DNA of 64,000 nucleotides from Xylographa opegraphella. Lineage: Eukaryota. This document shows positions 38,301 to 50,053 of this stretch, one piece after another. The notes below the pieces were generated by a model, which was not told the origin of the DNA, made no database searches, and worked only from the letters and a program-made list of their open reading frames with translations. The DNA lies in assembly GCA_022813865.1 (NCBI GenBank), contig JALDZX010000034.1, positions 62,001-126,000 of the forward strand, in the 5' to 3' direction. A program made the translations under genes and the position numbers. The first letter of the stretch is position 1. Every line of letters starts with the position of its first letter.

Positions 38301-39359
38301 ACTGACGTCTGTGCTTGTTCCGCCCATATCAAAGCCTATCACTGGAGTTTTCGTTTTTGGGTCGTACGAAGTAAGAGCAAATCCTACGACTCCTCCAGCA
38401 GGTCCAGAAAGAATAGCTCGGAGACCAGAAAACTGATCGACGTCCACAAGCCCGCCGTCGGATTGCATGAATTCACATCGTGCCCCTTTCGCCCCTTTTT
38501 CTTTCTTCACACTCTCCGTTCCCAAGCCGCCTTCGAAACCTGCTTGAAAACCAGCAATGTACTTCTTGATAGCTGGAGTCAGATATGCATCGGCGCATGC
38601 TGATGTAGCACGAGGGACGAGCTTGATCATCGGCATGAGTTCGTGACTAAGACTGACATGACTGAATCCGATCTCTTTTGCAAGTCTCCCGACCAGTGCT
38701 TCGTGATCAGGATAGGTATATCCATGTACCAAACATACTGCTATGCTTCGGATACCTTCATCGTACAGCGCCTGTAATTGCCCCCGTACAGTGTCCTCGG
38801 AAGGTCGCCTCAGGATTCGGACTGCCTCCGACGATAAACCCTTCACCAGATCAGAGTTCTTTGGAGAGCCACTGTCATCCAGTTCCGTCGAATGTCGTTC
38901 TGGATCTTCGGCGTAATCCTCCAGCGTCACTCGTTCATCAATCTCAACCACTTTCTCGTAAAGGACTTCAGGTTTCCTGATTGCCAAGTCAAAGATCTTA
39001 GGCCTCGACTGGTTACCGATTTCTAGACAATGTTTAAAGCCTTTCGTCACCACCATAGCAATCTTCTCGCCCTTTCTCTCCAGTAAAGCGTTGGTGGCGA
39101 CCGTCGTGCCCATACGGATGCTTTCAATCTTTGACGTGTCCAGAGGCTCCCCACGAGGTATTTCCTTGCCGGTGAACTTGGAAAGAAGACGGCGGATGCC
39201 CTCCAGTGGTGCGTCTTCATAGTTTGCTGGGTCTTCCGAAAGTAGCTTGATGATAATATCGTCCTCCATCTTGCCTGTCCCTGGATTGCCAACGCAGTCC
39301 GTAAAGGTGCCACCTCGATCAATGGCAATCCGAATGCCATGCTCATTTTCACTTCCCAT
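35304..39359 (-). CDS. OXP1: ATP-dependent 5-oxoprolinase (hydantoinase/oxoprolinase A+B fusion), intronless
   Basis: IAIDRGGTFTD, MGTTVATNALLE, DMGGTSTDVS, SVSTNVKERLDYSCA and HTHMTNTRITD. Confidence 0.96.
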   Translation of the reverse strand: MGSENEHGIRIAIDRGGTFTDCVGNPGTGKMEDDIIIKLLSEDPANYEDAPLEGIRRLLSKFTGKEIPRGEPLDTSKIESIRMGTTVATNALLERKGEKIAMVVTKGFKHCLEIGNQSRPKIFDLAIRKPEVLYEKVVEIDERVTLEDYAEDPERHSTELDDSGSPKNSDLVKGLSSEAVRILRRPSEDTVRGQLQALYDEGIRSIAVCLVHGYTYPDHEALVGRLAKEIGFSHVSLSHELMPMIKLVPRATSACADAYLTPAIKKYIAGFQAGFEGGLGTESVKKEKGAKGARCEFMQSDGGLVDVDQFSGLRAILSGPAGGVVGFALTSYDPKTKTPVIGFDMGGTSTDVSRYGSGRYEHVFETTTAGVTIQSPQLDINTVAAGGGSRLFFRNGLFVVGPESAGAHPGPACYRKGGPLTVTDANLFLGRLLPDFFPKIFGEKEDQGLDASASEKLFKELTQQINKEVASDSDEKKMTPDEVAYGFIKIANETMTRPIRSLTEAKGHDTSQHRLATFGGAGGQHAVAIAESLGIRQILVHRYSSVLSAYGMALADVVDESQVPDSKVWSDQGNVKSDLKKTIEELKDRSRKKLKDQGFKDEKIIFEEYLNMRYRGTESALMVVKPDQESAEKDFGGDDWAFGKAFIKQHEQEFGFTLPDRDIIIDDVRIRGIGKSFEGLEKTVDDQLKEIKPKDLGDGKQYGVSKVYFEGGRQDTPIYKIEDVDVGDRIKGPAILADGTQTIVVPPGSTALIIETHVIINIGDDDGQGTKANTKDVDPILLSIFAHRFMAIAEQMGRALQKTSVSTNVKERLDYSCALFDADGGLVANAPHLPVHLGSMSTCVRTQAEIWKGKLKPGDVVVSNHPMYGGTHLPDITVITPSFGEDKILFYVASRAHHADIGGILPGSMPPHSRELFQEGAAIKSEKLVSEGHFDEKRVTELLYDEPAQYPECSGTRCLADNLNDLKAQVAANQKGINLLSALIADYGEDVVQFYMHNIQDNAELSVRNLLKSVSERFAGKDLSAIDYMDDGSPICLKITIDAEKGEAIFDFDGTGPEVYGNTNAPEAVTYSAIIYCLRCLISEDIPLNQGCLKPIDVRIPPKSFLSPSDKAAVVGGNVLTSQRVTDVILRCFQACAASQGDCNNLTFGFGGNQANSADGPVKGFGYYETIAGGSGAGPTWDGTNGVHTHMTNTRITDTEVFERRYPVLLHEFSLRSGSAGKGQHVGGEGVIRDIEFRIPVQVSILSERRVYHPYGLEGGEDAACGMNVWIRKIRKGGRGADADEWEERRINLGGKNTASMQAGERIIVMTPGGGGWGKVGQESKATKGKDVQEAWRKGSLAQRMEAQETA

Positions 39360-39763
39360 CTTGGCTACCAATACAACTTGATTTCCTCAACTTCAAAAAT
39401 ACGAATCATCAGCACTGCAAGAAACGGGGTGGGTGGATGATGTATGGCGATTGTCCAGGAACACCGTGAAGTCCTCTGAGCAGATGCCATCACTGCGAAG
39501 AATCTACAACATGCCACCCGCTAGGCTCACGTAGACTCACAAGTAAGAAAATCCGTCACTTGTGATGATATCCACATCCACATCCCAATTCAGCATGTTT
39601 CAAAGCTTACGTTAACCAGATTGAGCGGACTATTCGGCTCCTCCTGCCTGACCATGTGTTTTGTCTAATCATCGTGCAGTATAGCGAATATGCATGCTAA
39701 GCCAAATACTAATCTAAACGTTGGTGATCATCCTCTACTCATATCGCGTTCCTCGTACCATTT

Positions 39764-41362
39764 CTATACCTCACCCCAGCCTCCCAATCCACCAAATGTG
39801 GCTACTCCACTTCCGCTTCCGATGCTCCCACCGATATCCCAATAGTTCCTCGATCCCTCACTCGCATCCCGCTTACTCTTCTTCGTGCTGAGACTTCCAC
39901 AACTTGTCCCTGCTCGCTTCAAACTTGGAGACTGCTGTGGTGTGCCATGATGGAGAACAAAATTCTTTCGCAGAAGGCGTCTCTCGTACGCGTGGGCCGA
40001 ATGTGATACGAGGGGATGATGTTGACGGATGAGGGCAGCTCGGCGAAGCGACTCAGGGGTGTTGGCGGTCGCTATATTGGGCCTTACATTGTTCGATACC
40101 GAGCGCTGTTGTGAGCGGAAACGACGTTGAAGATAGCTGAAAACGGACTTCAAATCTGGGGTGCGCTCCCAGTATTGAGTATCGAAGGTCGGAGTTGGCG
40201 AAGGATCCTCGTGTTCCTCGATGCCCCATCTAGCCGCGTACTCCGAGGCTGAGGAGGATGATAATTTTCGTCGTCCTAGAGTAGGTGCAAATTGTGGGGT
40301 TTGTGACTGTTCTATAAATTCTTCGCTTTCAGAGACGTCCTTCGAGTCTACTGCCGCTGTTTTATTGATGGGTATGCCTGCATAATCCATCGTGGCAGGG
40401 CGTTGGTATGTGCTGAAGGCGTCGGAGTGTTCAGAAAGCTGTTGAACGAGAAATTCTAGTTCTCGTAGTACTCGATCTAAAAGCCGGTCCTCCCAAGTTC
40501 TAGACGATGGAAAGACTTGAGCAGGACTATTTGTGGCAAGAACAGGTGAAAGGTATGTATCTTTGAGTGTAGGCGTTGTCGATAGGTCTTCGTGTGACAC
40601 CAACGATTCGCCAAAGATGATAGCGAGTATGGAATCATCAATTCCCATAAGATCATGCACTACTCGTCTGGTAATGTGCTGCCATATTGATTCGGTATCT
40701 TCTATTACGTCTTTGTCGTCCAACGTTGCCCCAGGGACCTCCCTTTCCGCGCTGGATGTTGGAGTATCCAGACCCTCTTGGCTTTCTTTGGTAGCCCGAC
40801 TGAGCCTCATCTTCCTCGACTCTCTCTCGATCTCTTCGAGCAGCACTTTGGACTGTTCAATCCGCCATTTCTCGATCCTCTCGGTCCGCGTTGCGTCCAA
40901 CTGTGCCCCCTCTTGGTCTTCTACTGTATCTAGTCTCCGTTGAACGCTCGATCTCCTTCTGCGGTATTCTGTCGACCTCCGGTGCGGATTGAACTGCTCG
41001 AAGCTCCATAGATGTTGTTGTACCGGTACGCTTGATGCTGCAAATGTTCCTAATCCATCGTGGGCAGGCAGGATCGATTCTCCACTTTGATCGGCTCGCC
41101 GTGAAGGGTTGTACATCGAGGGCTCGCGGAAAGCGTGTAGTCCATCGTCTAGACTATCCAGTTCTTCATCGTCATCGAGAGCTCCCTCGTCATATTGCCC
41201 GGACCGGGGTACTGTGTTCAAAGAACCAAAGTCACTAAGTCTTGAGACCAACTCTTGTGACACTGTTGTCCTTTGTGGCGACAGGGGACTGAGGGGGCCG
41301 TCGTGATGGCAGGCAGGAGGTTGCCGTGCAGGTGCAAAGACAGTCGGCTGACGAAATGCCAT
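39764..41362 (-). CDS. Conserved-looking fungal hypothetical protein (532 aa)
   Basis: Long ORF with a coiled-coil stretch (RIEKWRIEQSKVLLEEIERE) and a C-terminal GGWGEV. No family recognised. Confidence 0.7.
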   Translation of the reverse strand: MAFRQPTVFAPARQPPACHHDGPLSPLSPQRTTVSQELVSRLSDFGSLNTVPRSGQYDEGALDDDEELDSLDDGLHAFREPSMYNPSRRADQSGESILPAHDGLGTFAASSVPVQQHLWSFEQFNPHRRSTEYRRRRSSVQRRLDTVEDQEGAQLDATRTERIEKWRIEQSKVLLEEIERESRKMRLSRATKESQEGLDTPTSSAEREVPGATLDDKDVIEDTESIWQHITRRVVHDLMGIDDSILAIIFGESLVSHEDLSTTPTLKDTYLSPVLATNSPAQVFPSSRTWEDRLLDRVLRELEFLVQQLSEHSDAFSTYQRPATMDYAGIPINKTAAVDSKDVSESEEFIEQSQTPQFAPTLGRRKLSSSSASEYAARWGIEEHEDPSPTPTFDTQYWERTPDLKSVFSYLQRRFRSQQRSVSNNVRPNIATANTPESLRRAALIRQHHPLVSHSAHAYERRLLRKNFVLHHGTPQQSPSLKRAGTSCGSLSTKKSKRDASEGSRNYWDIGGSIGSGSGVATFGGLGGWGEV

Positions 41363-42232
41363 GCTGTTGCGCAGAGGAAGCTGAGACTAGAACGATCATA
41401 CAGTAGTAGTGTCGTATGCGCCGGTATATATAAGTCCTACTGGATCTGAAATATGATGTTTGGTCGTGCTGTTCCATGAATCATTCCACTATCCTGACAA
41501 GCTGTTCGAATCAGGCTTACCGCCCATTCACCGTACTCTTATCCTCATCCCTGCCGGCCGATAAGCTGATCAGCCGACCGCGCTTGTTTCGCACGCCTTA
41601 CCTTAATCTGACAGGCAAGTATTATAGACGCAGTCCGGAGGTACGCTGGTATCAAACCTTCAAGAACCGGATGCCCGCCAACCTTTCGAAAAAGAACCGG
41701 GTGCCCGAGGTCGCAATACATCAACATACATCCCTAACCCTGGCCTCTTCACTCTTTGCGCTCGACCCTAACTCACCGGTCCAGTCTAACCCACCCTGAC
41801 TAACCTTCAAGCCCTTGAACGCGTTGTCAAGTTCCTAAATGTAGATAGTAGGGGTTAACCGGTTCTTGAAGTTCTGAAGACAGAATACCTTAAGGTATAT
41901 CGTTCTTTTACTCTTAGGCAGTTTGAATATAGTTACACTAGGAAGCCGGTGACCTCAAAGTCGCAGAAGTTGAAAGAAGCGGATTAGCAAGTCTGTTTAC
42001 AATGGCTCGTCAGCTCCAGTTGTGACACACTTCCGGCGCCTCTACATCATTCGCCCATGCGCGCGCGACATTATTTCATAGCCAGATATTCAAGGCAAAG
42101 TCTTCCAAATGTACCACCATAGCTCCTAATGCAAACCACAGTGGTGCGAATCTCCACCAAACGCCTCGTCAGCGGCCACTGCTGCCGCTGCTGCCGATCG
42201 GCCGTCTCCCCATCTTCAAACAGTACCAGCCG

Positions 42233-44247
42233 CTAGATATTATACAGCTTGATCAGGTTTGCCAGTTTCGTAGATTCGTGGCTATAGTTTAGCGGCGATG
42301 CCCCCGAGACCTGGTATCGGACTCGCTGCTGGTCCTGGAAGTTGTCCATCTTGGCTCGGCACTTGAAGATGTATGTTTGACAGTTTGCTTCCTGAAAGAC
42401 CTCGCCTGCTGCTTTATCGTCGTTCTCCTTCAGCTCGTTGAGTTGGTCCGCACCCATGCCCATGATCATCCTCCCTACGTCATCGAAGCAACTCAGCCAG
42501 ATCTGGCCGGTGTGGTCGCTGACGTTCAAGCTCATGATGTAGCGGTATTCCGGCTTGGGGAAGGTCTTGTCGCACTTTTCGCAGCGCCACTGTCCAGGTT
42601 CCTGTTCGATTACTTTCTTGTTGCAATCTGGTGAGGCACATGCCGCGTACGAGACGTTGTCCTGTTTGATGTAGATAATCGTTGCCTTGGTGGTGAAGTA
42701 GTCCGTAGTCTCCGACATGCCGAGGTTTTCTTCCTTTACTTGTATGATTGTCTTCGACGCGTCAGTCCGACCGCCCGCTGCACCCATGCCAGCACTCATG
42801 GAGGCATGCGACGCGAATGTGTCCGTTCGCCCCTGAGCATCATACCAGCCTTTGAGCTTATGTGCTTCGTCAATATCCGGGTCTATAGACATGGACCCGG
42901 AACTGAGCAGGCTCAGACTCCTGCCACCGAAATCTGAAACTTTCACGCCCTTGAATGCGAGGACGGATTCTGGGGCGACGTCAAAGCTAGCGGCGCTATT
43001 GCCCCAGATTGTGAGTCGAACCGAGTACCCAGTGTTGTCCACCAGTGTGAGTTCGCGCTTGTCGTACGGTTTGCTCGTTGTTTTTGAGACGATCTGTGAG
43101 GTTTCCCCAACCTCTTTCAAAATCCCAATCGTATCTATTACCGAATCCTTTTCTACAGACTGCAAGTCTCCGATGTTGATGAAGTTGAAACGTACCTGCG
43201 GTACGCCGTCCTGTTCCTCGGCCTAAATGCTTCGTTAGCTGCCGGGCGATCGGACAGTGTTGGGACGATTTACCTTTTCTACTAGAGTATCTCGCTCGAA
43301 ACTCAGTTCGTAGTCGTTGTTGAGATTCGTGAACTGTTTCTTTGCCAGCTGAACCCGACAGGGACTTGTAACGTAATAGACGCTGCCTTCTTGGAAGATC
43401 TCATAAAGAGCATCACATTGGTCATTGAAGCCAGTAGCTTTGATTTCGCCACTCTCGTCGAGTAAATTGACGCTGAAAAGCTTTCCCTCGCCGTTCTTGT
43501 TATGCCATGTCTTGACTTCTGATTTGTTTGTGCACCGAGCCTTAATGGTCCACTTGTTGGCGTATGGTGAGAGAGCTTCTATAGGATAAATGTTTCCATG
43601 GGAAGATGAGGATGGGGCAGTAGTCCTGGAGGGAAGTGATTGTTGTTGCGGCTGATATTTCTGTTCTGGTTTGCTGCCGTAAAAGCCACCAGTAGAAATG
43701 GTTGTGGGGTTGGGTTTCACATCCTCATCTTGGCTAATCTCCAGAGTTTTGGGTTCGCCGATCTTCTCACACTCCCCAAGTTCCTCCAAGACCTCGAGAT
43801 CAAGTACAATGAGAATCCTGCAGTAATCAGCACGGCTAGCAGAATCCGGATCGTTCAGACATTCTCACCGTTTACCCTTGTATGAGTTTGCTTGGAACGA
43901 CTTTAGCCTCACAAAGCAGCCCTTTTTGAGCTTTCCATCTGTCACAACATGATTTGCTTCTGCGCACAGTCAGCTTTCCGGACATCCGCGGGCGGGCAAG
44001 GCAGTCGATCATACGGGTTGCAAGCATGCTCTGACAGAAGTTTCTGATATCGCTGAACACGACACGATATCGCTCGCTTGTACCTTGTTGCCCGACTAGA
44101 GGTTTGATCTGCACGCATTGGACAACTGGTTGAGCATCCGGAGTGCCGCCTCCAGTGAACATAGCACTAGTTGATCAGCCAGAGCATTAGACAAGGTGGT
44201 AGTTACAGATCTTACCTTAGTGCCCCTTGGTTGATATGGTTGGCCAT
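42233..44247 (-). CDS. RFA1: Replication protein A 70 kDa subunit
   Basis: YPIEALSPYANKWTIKARCTNKS, GVKVSDFGGRSLS, zinc ribbon C-ASPDC...WRCEKC and DHTGQIWLSCF. ATG at 44247 with four introns. Confidence 0.96.
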
Positions 44248-44316
44248 GGCAGTGAGATGAATCTCTGTCTGTGGTGCTATTATTGATTTTCAGAAGTCTC
44301 GTAACTTCGCAGCACA

Positions 44317-44342
44317 ACGCGATCTGCCGCGGGCGAACGCGT
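44317..44342. promoter_or_regulatory. MCB-like (MluI cell-cycle box) elements upstream of RFA1
   Basis: ACGCGA at 44317-44322 and ACGCGT at 44337-44342, 70-95 nt upstream of the RFA1 ATG. RFA1 is a classical MBF target in yeasts. Confidence 0.55.
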
Positions 44343-44629
44343 TAAGTGGCGGTACTAAACGGCGGTACTACGTAATACGCTGTAAGCCGAGGGGCTAACC
44401 TATCCTAGGATAAACACAGCGGGCCCCGCCCCGCCTTCGCTTGAAAGATAACGTATCTAGACTAGACTAGCTATAGATTACTTCGGGTACCTTACCCACC
44501 TATTCGACGAGTGCTAGTACAGAACCGTTCTCGTCCTGAAGCAACCGTGATATAGAAGCTATCACTTTCATTTCATCGGTTGCATAGATAAATAATTCGG
44601 AGATACTGCTCCACTTCCCCGTCCCAATC

Positions 44630-46095
44630 ATGGCAGCGCCTGAGGTTGTGACCAAAGCTCCTGAGAACGATGCGGAAGACCAAAGTGTCTTTCCAAACGA
44701 TACAACGGCACAGAGTGGTGCCAGTATGGGGGTGGGTCCGGCCTCCATGTCAACTGGTTCTACTGGGTCTAACACACGGTTAGGAGCATTGTGTGACTGA
44801 CCGTCCTACTCGTAAGCTGGCCTCAATATACGGAAGCTCACAAAACTGAGCGTATGTAGCGCTGGGTGCTTCTCCTACCGGTGTTCGCTAGCAAACTCAC
44901 GGAGACTTGCGAACAAAGGCTAATATATATACTCAGGAGATCTCGAAAATCGCTGATATTGATGTATGTTGACATGGTGACGCTTGAAAATCATTTCTAT
45001 GTCATAGTTCATGTAACTGTTGCTCAACAGCATACATGCTAGGAGACTTTCAAAAACAATTTCCCTAATCGTTGTTTCTTCGCGGTAGCCATAAAGGTCT
45101 TGCGGAGTACGGTCTATTGAGCAGGGAGATCGGGGCGCTCTCTGCAAATCTAGCAACCACAAGCAGGCTACTTACTAAGACGTGAGGTGACAGGTCTACA
45201 TAACGAAACCCTCCGACTACCCTCATTCGCCATCAAAGCTATTACTCTTTCTTAGCAGTGGCACAGGGATCTACTCTACCAACAATCAGCTCCAAGCGGA
45301 TCAGTATGCCAGCGAGGGCTTCCTCGTGGTCATGCCAGATCAATTTGGAGGTGATCCAGCCCCAAATAGTGCAAATCCTAATGCAGCGCAAGAAGAGAAT
45401 CCTACGGTCATAGAGCAGGTGAAGCTTCGAGCGGCTGAGACTGTTCAATCTTTCATGCTTGATATGTGGCTCGCACGTCAAACCCAGGAAAAGGTGCTGC
45501 CGATCCTGCAGAAATTTATCGAGGGTGCGAAAGAGGAGTTCGCGGACGCCGTAGCGAACGGAGGAGGAATCTACGCCGTCGGCTATTGCTTCGGGGGGAA
45601 ATATGTACTTTTACTTGCTTCTGAGCTTCCCGACACTGTGGCACATGGTCAAAAAGTCAAAGATGAAGAACAAGGCGTTGTGAAAACGGGACCGTTGGTA
45701 AAGGCGGGAGCTATTGCGCATGGTAGCATCGCCGGCGTCCTGTAAAAACGTGTGGACAAACCACTAACATCCGTATAGGTACATTAGTCACGAAACAAGA
45801 TCTTGAAGGCGTCAAGTCGCCAGTCTCCATGGTGTGCATTGGTTCGTTCTATATCATGGGATCCCTCATTGAGCAAAATCTTACACGTGCAATAGAAAAT
45901 GACCAGTTGTTTCCAGACGACGTTCGAGAAACTGGGAAAGCGTATCTTGAGGAGAACCATATCGAGCATGAAATCAAGGTCTACTCGGGGGTTCCTCATG
46001 GATTCGCTGTTGCTGGAGAGTATCACGACCAAAAGATTCAAGCGGAACAGAAAGCAGCTTTTGAGCAAATGGTCACATGGTTGAAAGGGCACTGA
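44630..46095 (+). CDS. Dienelactone hydrolase family protein (with N-terminal micro-exons)
   Basis: EHCVTDRPT micro-exon, NNQLQADQYASEGFLVVMPD, nucleophile motif GYCFGG and VPHGFAV. Confidence 0.88.
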
Positions 46096-46540
46096 GCCCT
46101 TTCTTTACGAGAGGTCTCTATCAGGGCCTCCCGTTAATCAACTGTGGCAATCTTGCGAGTCAGTCCCTCGCAGACACTTTTATGGCCTTGAATGGCTTGA
46201 ATTCAGCATCATCCAAAATCCCCATTGATCCCATGGAGTTATCGCAAGCTTTGATCTGTAACAATTCGTATCTGAACAGTCCTCCACCCTCCGTAGTAAA
46301 TGTCTGATGAATGTCTTCCCTGTCAAATTTGCGAAATGTAGCCGAAAACGTTCTGCCTTCACGTTTGAAGTACTCGTACTGAATTTAATAGCCGCGCAAA
46401 GTCACAACTTCCCTTTTCAATATCTCGAAAGGGAAGGCAGGCGGAACTTATCTTTAGCAGTGAACATAAATACCATCTTGTGAGTTGTGGTTCTGCAAAC
46501 AACTACTGAAGGCCCACGCCCCGCTGCCAGAATAGCTTTA

Positions 46541-46603
46541 CCATTGTGGTTTGAAATAATCCATGTGGTTTGAAAGAACCCATTGTGGTTTGAAACAACC
46601 ATC
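46541..46603. repeat. Three tandem ~20-bp units CCATTGTGGTTTGAAA(N)AA(C/T)
   Basis: Copies at 46541, 46561 (1-nt deletion) and 46580. Confidence 0.85.
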
Positions 46604-46940
46604 GCCGTGGTGACTATTCTCGGCTTCATATTGACCATCCTCAGCCTCATAGCGACCCTTCGCGGGGGCGCAAGGTTGATATACGACGTATACTCGGTAT
46701 GCCTCATATGATCCTTATATTCTGATTTGAAGTAATCAGTAAGGTGATTCCGCTAACACTGTATACAGGCATTGTATCGGCAAAGAAGGGAGATCGGGGA
46801 TCCTGAATCCCAGCAGATGGCCCGAACGGAGGATCGCACCACACAGACCAGGAGCGTTGTCAACGTACAAGGCCGCCCGCATGACCAGCGACAGCGTTGC
46901 AGCCACCCACGTTCTCCCCTCCATGTTGCCCTCTGCTCCT

Positions 46941-47003
46941 CGTGGGTTCCGTGAGTCCCGTGGGTCCCGTGAGTCCCGTGGTTCCCGTGAGGCTCGTGGG
47001 TCC
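46941..47003. repeat. 9-bp tandem repeat (CGTGRGTCC-like), ~7 units
   Basis: cgtgggttc cgtgagtcc cgtgggtcc cgtgagtcc cgtggttcc cgtgaggct cgtgggtcc. Confidence 0.8.
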
Positions 47004-47450
47004 TCGGCGGAAATTGCGGCCGCCAATATCCGTCTTCCTGACTCCCGTGCGCCGTCCTTTGTGTCCACTAGGGCCACTGGGTCCACCGCCCACTCCGCTG
47101 TGGCCTCTGGTGGCCACGCCATTTCCCAAGGAGACTTTGCTCTGGGTTTACGCCCGCGCACCTATTCTTCCCCCCGGTCCGTCTGGCATGCTGAGCCCGC
47201 TGAGGCTGGCGTTGGCGGAAGCACTAGTGCCGATCTGGTGCACCGGAACCGCCGGCAGGGGGTTACCAGCGAGCCTCCTGCTGTGCTGGAAGAAGAGGGG
47301 ACATAAACGTCTTTATTAATTACGGGAGGGGCATTATCTTAGCGTATGATTTCTGGTAAGTTAAGTTTTGTAGCTGACTAAGACCCGCAACACACTAACG
47401 CGCCCAGTTTTAGCAACCAAACATTTAGTCCTGACTTTGTTGACTCCGTC

Positions 47451-50053
47451 ATGGCTTGCAAGCACATTTATGCCACTGGTAGGTAACATTTACCCAAGCG
47501 ATAAGGGATGCTTTGGCTGATAAGCTTCCAGAACTACACCCTCCGATCTCTGCCCAAAGCGTATACCGGGAAGACTGCACACGATGTTTTGACTCAATAG
47601 TGATCCCACCAGATCCGTTGGCAACCTCCAGTAACTAACCCGGCATTGATAGGACGACCCTACAGGTCTTGATGTCTGCTTGTATTGCTTCAACGGGGGT
47701 TGTACTGGAGATCGACAGCATGCCTCACTTCATTATCACGATTCGAAGCATCCTCTTGTCCTGAACATCAGGCGTACTAAAAAGCAAGTCACGGTAGGGT
47801 TTCGCACCGGGAGAGGAGCCATTCTCGGAGACTGATGTTACCGTGTATAGCGTGAGGAACCACCGCATAAGATATCCAAACTAGCCATTGCTGCGGAGAC
47901 GGAGGAGGACCGTTTCGATACAATCACGCGAGTGAAGTGCTACGAGTGCGATGTCCAAAATGTGGATCGTACCAGTGACCGACTAGCCACAGTCATTGAT
48001 GGAGTCCTGAAAGCCAATACGTTTGCAAGGCAGGCTGAAGTACAGGCATGGGAGCAAGAGTTTACGCCATGTGAGCATACTCTATGTTTAGTACAAGAGA
48101 CAGCACGTAAGATACTGTCACAAGGTAGGTGACGTCGATGAAATCCGGAATGGATCCGTGCTGATATCTATAGACCTTGGACATTGCTCTATGTGCGATC
48201 TGAAAGGAAACCTGTGGCTCTGCCTCCAATGCGGTAATCTAGGGTGTGGCCGTGCTCAGTTTGGTGGCGTGGGCGGCAATGGACATGGTCTTAAGCATAC
48301 GGAAGAAACCTCACACGCCGTGGCTGTGAATCTCGGCTCTATCACTCCAGAAGGAACGGCGGACGTGTATTGTTACCACTGTAACGAGGAGAGAGTTGAT
48401 ACCGAACTAGCGGCGCATCTTGTCCATTGGGGAATCAACATCAACGAGAGAGAGAAGACTGAGAAGAGTCTAACAGAGCTCCAGATAGAGCAAAACCTCC
48501 GCTGGGAGTTTTCCATGACTACTGACGATGGGAAAGAGCTAAAGCCTGTATTCGGTGACGGTTTCACCGGACTCAAGAACTTGGGCAACAGCTGCTATCT
48601 TGCCAGTATTCTACAGTGCCTATTTTCATTGCCAGCATTCAACGAGCGATACTTTCTCTCTCAAGGCCCGTCACCACCTCCACAGCATCCTGCAGAAGAC
48701 CTGGATACACAATTAAGAAAGTTGGCTGACGGCCTGATATCTGGTCGTTACTCGCGGCCCGATTCTGATGTGAGCGCATCGGAATACTCACCCGAGATAC
48801 CCCATCAAAAGGGTCTCGCTCCAGCCATGCTCAAGCACTTAGTCGGCCGAGGTCACGAAGAGTTTTCGACCATGAGGCAGCAAGATGCTTTTGAGTTTCT
48901 GCTCCACCTTTTGAAGCTGATCACTCGCTCGCCGCATCCTGCTCCTCTGCACGATCCTGTCCAGTCTTTTAGGTTCGTGATGGAACAGCGACTCCAGTGC
49001 ATATCTTGTAAGAAAGTCCGCTATCGTACAGATGAACAAGACAATATCTCGATTCCCGTACCAGTAAGGCGAATTCCACGAGGAAGTACTGGAGCTGCCG
49101 AAAAAGATGCACCGAAAGACGAGTTCGAGCCAGTTACTCTTAAAGAATGCCTGGATATCTTTACAGGATCCGAGATCGTTGAACTGACTTGTCCATCTTG
49201 CGGCAGTAAAGATGGATTCACAAAGCGGACTTTGTTTAAGACATTCCCCGCAACACTAGCAGTGAATATTCGTCGTTTCGAGCTCGTCAATTGGGTGCCC
49301 ACGAAGTTGGACATTGCTGTGGCTGTTGGTGACGAACCTTTCAATCTTGATTCGTACATCTCCCAGGGCCAACAGGCCAGCGAACAAATGCTTCCTGAAG
49401 ACGTAAGCTCCTCAATCCAGGCTCTTTTCACACCCAACGAAACGGCTCTGGGTCAGTTGGAAGGCATGGGCTTCCCTCGTGTGAGATGCGAAAAGGCTCT
49501 CCATGCTACTGGAAACAGTGACGCTGACTCGGCAATGAACTGGCTGTTCGCCCACATGGAGGATCCAGATATCGACACTCCTCTTGACCTCGGAGCCAGT
49601 GGCAGTGCTGGCGCTCCTTCCACTGGTGTAAGTCAGGAAAGCATCGATACCCTTGGAGCTATGGGCATTAGTCCTCCGCAAGCCAGGAAAGCCCTCAAAG
49701 AGACAGGCGGTGATGTCAATAGGGCACTGGACTGGGTCTTCAGCCACCCAGATGATCAAGGTGACTTTAATGATGTCGATCCCAGCAGTGCAGACGTCGC
49801 GCAGACCGACATCACGCGACAAGAAGCTGGCACTGCAGAGCTGCCGGCGACTTTCCGGCTTTCTAGTATTGTGTGCCATAAAGGTGCCTCTATTCATGCT
49901 GGACATTATGTTGCATTTGTTCGGAAGCACATTCCCGACGCAGAAGTTGAGTCGTGGGTGCTGTTCAATGATGAAAAGGTTGTCAAAGCCGCCGACGTGG
50001 ACGAGATGAAGAAGTTTGCATACGTTTACTTCTTCGAGCGTGCTAAACCATAG
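47451..50053 (+). CDS. UBP14: Ubiquitin carboxyl-terminal hydrolase 14 (isopeptidase T / USP5-like)
   Basis: ZnF-UBP (LWLCLQCGNLGCGR), Cys box GLKNLGNSCY, two UBA domains (MGF; ALDWVFSH) and His box HAGHYVAF. Confidence 0.96.

Noticed and set aside
46541..46603. CRISPR-like array (repeat containing GTTTGAAA)
   Set aside because: The units are directly adjacent with no spacers, the context is eukaryotic, and there are no cas genes.
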